Below, in pieces: positions 58,655 through 64,000 of a stretch of DNA of 64,000 nt (positions are counted from its first letter, which is position 1; every line of letters starts with the position of its first letter). The translations under genes were made by a program, and so were the position numbers. The notes below the pieces were generated by a model. That model was not told where the DNA came from. It saw only the letters and a program-made list of their open reading frames with translations, and searched no databases. Location: assembly GCA_963666215.2 (NCBI GenBank), contig CAXWPL010000001.1, positions 288,001-352,000 on the forward strand, read 5' to 3'. Source of the stretch: Acidobacteriota bacterium. GTDB taxonomy: Bacteria > Acidobacteriota > UBA890 > WLXD01.

Positions 58655-59122
58655 GTGAAAAGCAACACCGAGCTCGAATTGGGTAAGGTAATCTCCGCAC
58701 TGCTCGTGGGCGCACTGCTGATGGTCGGCAGCGCATCTGCACACCCGGCGACGTCCCAGAGCGGCGACACCTCGATTGCCTCAGCGGCGCGCGAGAAACT
58801 GACCAACGTCGACCTGGACGAGGCCCTGCGCGGCGTCGACCTCACGCCGGAGGAGCGCGGCTGGGCCATCGCGGCACGTTCCGACCGCACCGATCGCGGC
58901 TTTGTTGACAGCATTGTGGAGCTCCAGATGCTGCTGCGTAACGCGGCTGGCGACGAGAGCACCCGCAGCCTCATTCTCAACACGCTCGAGGTGCCCGACG
59001 AGAGTGTTGGCGATCGGAGCATGATCGTCTTCGATCGCCCGGCCGATATTGTGAGTTGTCGGGCGCGGGGCGGGGCAGCGGGTACCGTGCAAGCCGCGGA
59101 GTTGGCTGGAACGCTAACGTGA
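58655..59122 (+). pseudogene. Outer-membrane lipoprotein-sorting (LolA-like) protein N-terminal part, truncated ~59050, in frame with the MMPL
   Basis: AGGAG + GTG, signal-like segment, GF.DS..MLLRNAAG..DRSMIVFDRPADI, then the similarity stops abruptly. Confidence 0.6.
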
Positions 59123-59159
59123 GCGCGGAGGCGAGCCGGGCTCGAATCACGCTGCGTCG

Positions 59160-59537
59160 CTAGCGCCGCGGCCCGTAGCTGCCGATGAGCTGGTTGACGC
59201 CGTAGCCATAGCGGGAGGCGTAGCCACGGAAGTGGCCGCAGCTCGCGTGGTGGTAGTGGGTGTTGCCGCGGCTGTAGCAGAAGCGTCCGCAGCCGCGAGC
59301 ACCGGACAGATAGGTGCTGACGAAGTAGTAGCCACTACCGTAGCCGCGCGGGCGATAGAGCACCTGATAGTGACCACCTCCGAGACGGAAGCGAGACCCG
59401 TACAGGTAGTCGGAGTAGTAGCTGCTGGACGAAGCGCGGATCGAGGCTCCGTAGTGCGAGTGGAAGCCGGCGAGCAGGAGCGTGGCGCTCGCTGCGAGCA
59501 GCAGTCCTAGCAGGACCCTGGCGCGGCGTTTGAACAT
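59160..59537 (-). CDS. Small secreted Tyr/Gly-rich protein
   Basis: Signal peptide, GAGG RBS, YG-rich body with CGRFC..HHASCGH. Confidence 0.55.
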   Translation of the reverse strand: MFKRRARVLLGLLLAASATLLLAGFHSHYGASIRASSSSYYSDYLYGSRFRLGGGHYQVLYRPRGYGSGYYFVSTYLSGARGCGRFCYSRGNTHYHHASCGHFRGYASRYGYGVNQLIGSYGPRR

Positions 59538-59664
59538 GAGATTCCTCCGCGTTCCGAGTGGAAGACGGCCGGAAGCAGAGGACCTACGAATAGTGAAGCA
59601 GAAACCAGGTGCGCCGCGCTATGACAGCGCGTAAGCCCGCCTACTGGCGTACTCATTAGAGGGC

Positions 59665-60495
59665 CTAGCGGAGCACGATCGCCACAACGCCTGCGACAAT
59701 CATCGCTGCGCCCGCCAAGCGTCCCCCCAGGGGGCCGACAGGGGCCACCTTCTCGAGCAGAACAAAGAACGTGATCGCGGCGATCCACAGCAGGTTCATG
59801 ACGCCGCCGAAGAAGAGCAGCCCCATCAACGCCCAACAGCATCCGATACAGAAGCCGCCATGCCCGAAGCCCATGCGGAAGGCGCCGAGCGTGCCCGGAT
59901 GCCAGTGCCGCGCGAAGAAATGGGCGGGCGCACGGCAATGCTCCAAGCAGACGCTTTTCGCGGGCGTCAGCTGGTAGATGCCTGCAGCGATCAACAAGAG
60001 GGCACCGAGCGCGGGGCTGGTCGCCACCATCATCGGCGACAACAGTGCGGCTTGGTCGAGCGCCCACTGCGCCGCGGTGGCGAGGACGCTGAAGAGACAC
60101 CACATGGCGAGGTAGCCAGCGACGAAAGCTCCCGTCGGTGCGAGGGTGGCGCCCTGCCTCGCGGCTTTGCGGGCGACAGCAGCGTAGAGAAGCGTCATTG
60201 GCGCCGCGCTGGGCACCATCATCCCCACCATCATCACTGACCACATCAGGAACATCAGCAGGAAGTCGAGCGTGGCCCAAGGGCGCACGCCCGCGACGTC
60301 CATGTCGCTGGCCATGGCACCGCCGGTGGCCATAGACCCGGCTCCCGCCATGTCACCCATCTCGAGCGCCACGTACACGAGGTATGCCCAGGCAAGCAGC
60401 GTCACGCCGGCGAGGGCCACCAGAATCGCGATACGGTCGCGACGAGGCAGTGTGGGGGCCGTAGGGGTGACGGGGTCCCGGGAGTCACTCACCAT
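59665..60495 (-). CDS. DUF2182 metal-binding integral membrane protein
   Basis: MWSVMMVGMMVPS, YQLTPAK..CL..C, CIGCCWALM..GGVMN, LEK. Confidence 0.9.
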   Translation of the reverse strand: MVSDSRDPVTPTAPTLPRRDRIAILVALAGVTLLAWAYLVYVALEMGDMAGAGSMATGGAMASDMDVAGVRPWATLDFLLMFLMWSVMMVGMMVPSAAPMTLLYAAVARKAARQGATLAPTGAFVAGYLAMWCLFSVLATAAQWALDQAALLSPMMVATSPALGALLLIAAGIYQLTPAKSVCLEHCRAPAHFFARHWHPGTLGAFRMGFGHGGFCIGCCWALMGLLFFGGVMNLLWIAAITFFVLLEKVAPVGPLGGRLAGAAMIVAGVVAIVLR

Positions 60496-60544
60496 CGTTT
60501 CAACACGTCCGCTCGCGGCGACTGCGAGCCGCGTGGACTCGAGC

Positions 60545-61177
60545 TCAGCGGATCACACCGTCCTGGTTCATGTGCAGGACGTTGAACTGACCATAGCTGT
60601 CGGCCAGGTCGAGCTCGATCCCCATGCGCACGGTAGATGTGCCGTTGCCCATTTCGGCGTAGGTGTACTCGAAGCCCTGCGGAAGATGAATACCGGAGCG
60701 CGCCGGCTCGCCGCTGAAGGCGTTGATGATGGGAACGCCCTTCGACTCCACCAGGTCGGGGACCTTGATGTGCGCCTCGCGAGCGTCGACGTCGATCGCG
60801 ATATCGATCGGCGCGACGATCGGCTCGAGCACCTCCGACATCGTGCTGTTGAACACGAAGTAGTGCGTCACCCCCGGTGCCGTCGACTCGCCGTGCGCGA
60901 TCTTGCGGAGCGCCTCACGCTGCTCAGTCGTTCCGCTCTCGTCGAGGATCACCTGCTGGCGGCCGTTGCCCGCCGCGATCTCGCCCGGCCACCAAAGAGC
61001 CAGCACGAAGCTCAGGCCGTCGAGGTTGATGTCGTTGAAGTGCCCTTCGTCGATACGAGAAGTGGCAACGGCCTCACACCGACCATGGGTTGTGGGTGAG
61101 CCGAACTGGCATGGGCAGCCCCAATCGCAGTTACAGTTCGTGTACTCGGCGCCCTTGATCATCCATTGGTCCGTCAT
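60545..61177 (-). CDS. DUF1326 domain protein
   Basis: NCNCDWGCPC..PT.G.C, WPG, EQREAL. Usual partner of DUF2182. Confidence 0.88.
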   Translation of the reverse strand: MTDQWMIKGAEYTNCNCDWGCPCQFGSPTTHGRCEAVATSRIDEGHFNDINLDGLSFVLALWWPGEIAAGNGRQQVILDESGTTEQREALRKIAHGESTAPGVTHYFVFNSTMSEVLEPIVAPIDIAIDVDAREAHIKVPDLVESKGVPIINAFSGEPARSGIHLPQGFEYTYAEMGNGTSTVRMGIELDLADSYGQFNVLHMNQDGVIR

Positions 61178-61427
61178 CGTTCGCTCCATCGCGGTTGACC
61201 ACTTCTTTGCAGTGACGCGTTTGCTCGAGAGGCCGTCGCCGCAGCCAGTTGAAGCACGCAGTCTAGCAACGGCGGTCGCCGCTCTCCAGACCTGCCCGGC
61301 GGCTTGGTGATGACCACCGACGTTGTCGGCCAGGCCGCGGATGGCTAGAGTGACGGCGCTCTCCATACCAACGGACTCCTGGCAGTCGCGCCGAGCGTGG
61401 CTCCGGATCCAAACGAGACCTCATGCA

Positions 61428-64000
<2,573 letters not shown>

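Overview
High-GC bacterial genomic window. A PadR + ADOP-type duplicated permease pair suggests Acidobacteriota (inference). The standout is a single ~3,020-aa ORF (12894-21968, - strand) that joins, in order, a FixC-like flavoprotein, a hydrophobic segment, a FixX-like ferredoxin, a degenerate acyl-CoA dehydrogenase (ACAD), an intact ACAD, ETF-beta and ETF-alpha. This looks like a complete acyl-CoA-to-quinone electron chain in one polypeptide. The second highlight is a nested pair of cargo-carrying IS1595-family elements (outer 27300-33005, inner 27631-30436), each with 25-bp terminal inverted repeats and a perfect 8-bp target duplication. They are inserted in a pilX-like minor pilin gene and carry defence-like cargo: an MTase-HNH fusion, a Schlafen/AlbA_2-HATPase-wHTH protein, and a split TM+OB-fold-like gene. 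Also present: tRNA-Glu(CTC), IS256, IS481, vapBC, a PlpD-like patatin-POTRA-Omp85 protein, mutY, a ROK/PMI/SSS sugar cluster, a TetR-MMPL unit with visible operators, DUF1326/DUF2182, several truncated genes marking rearrangement junctions, and several 1-bp frameshifts that may be sequencing errors. All protein assignments come from motif recognition by eye; no database searches were run.
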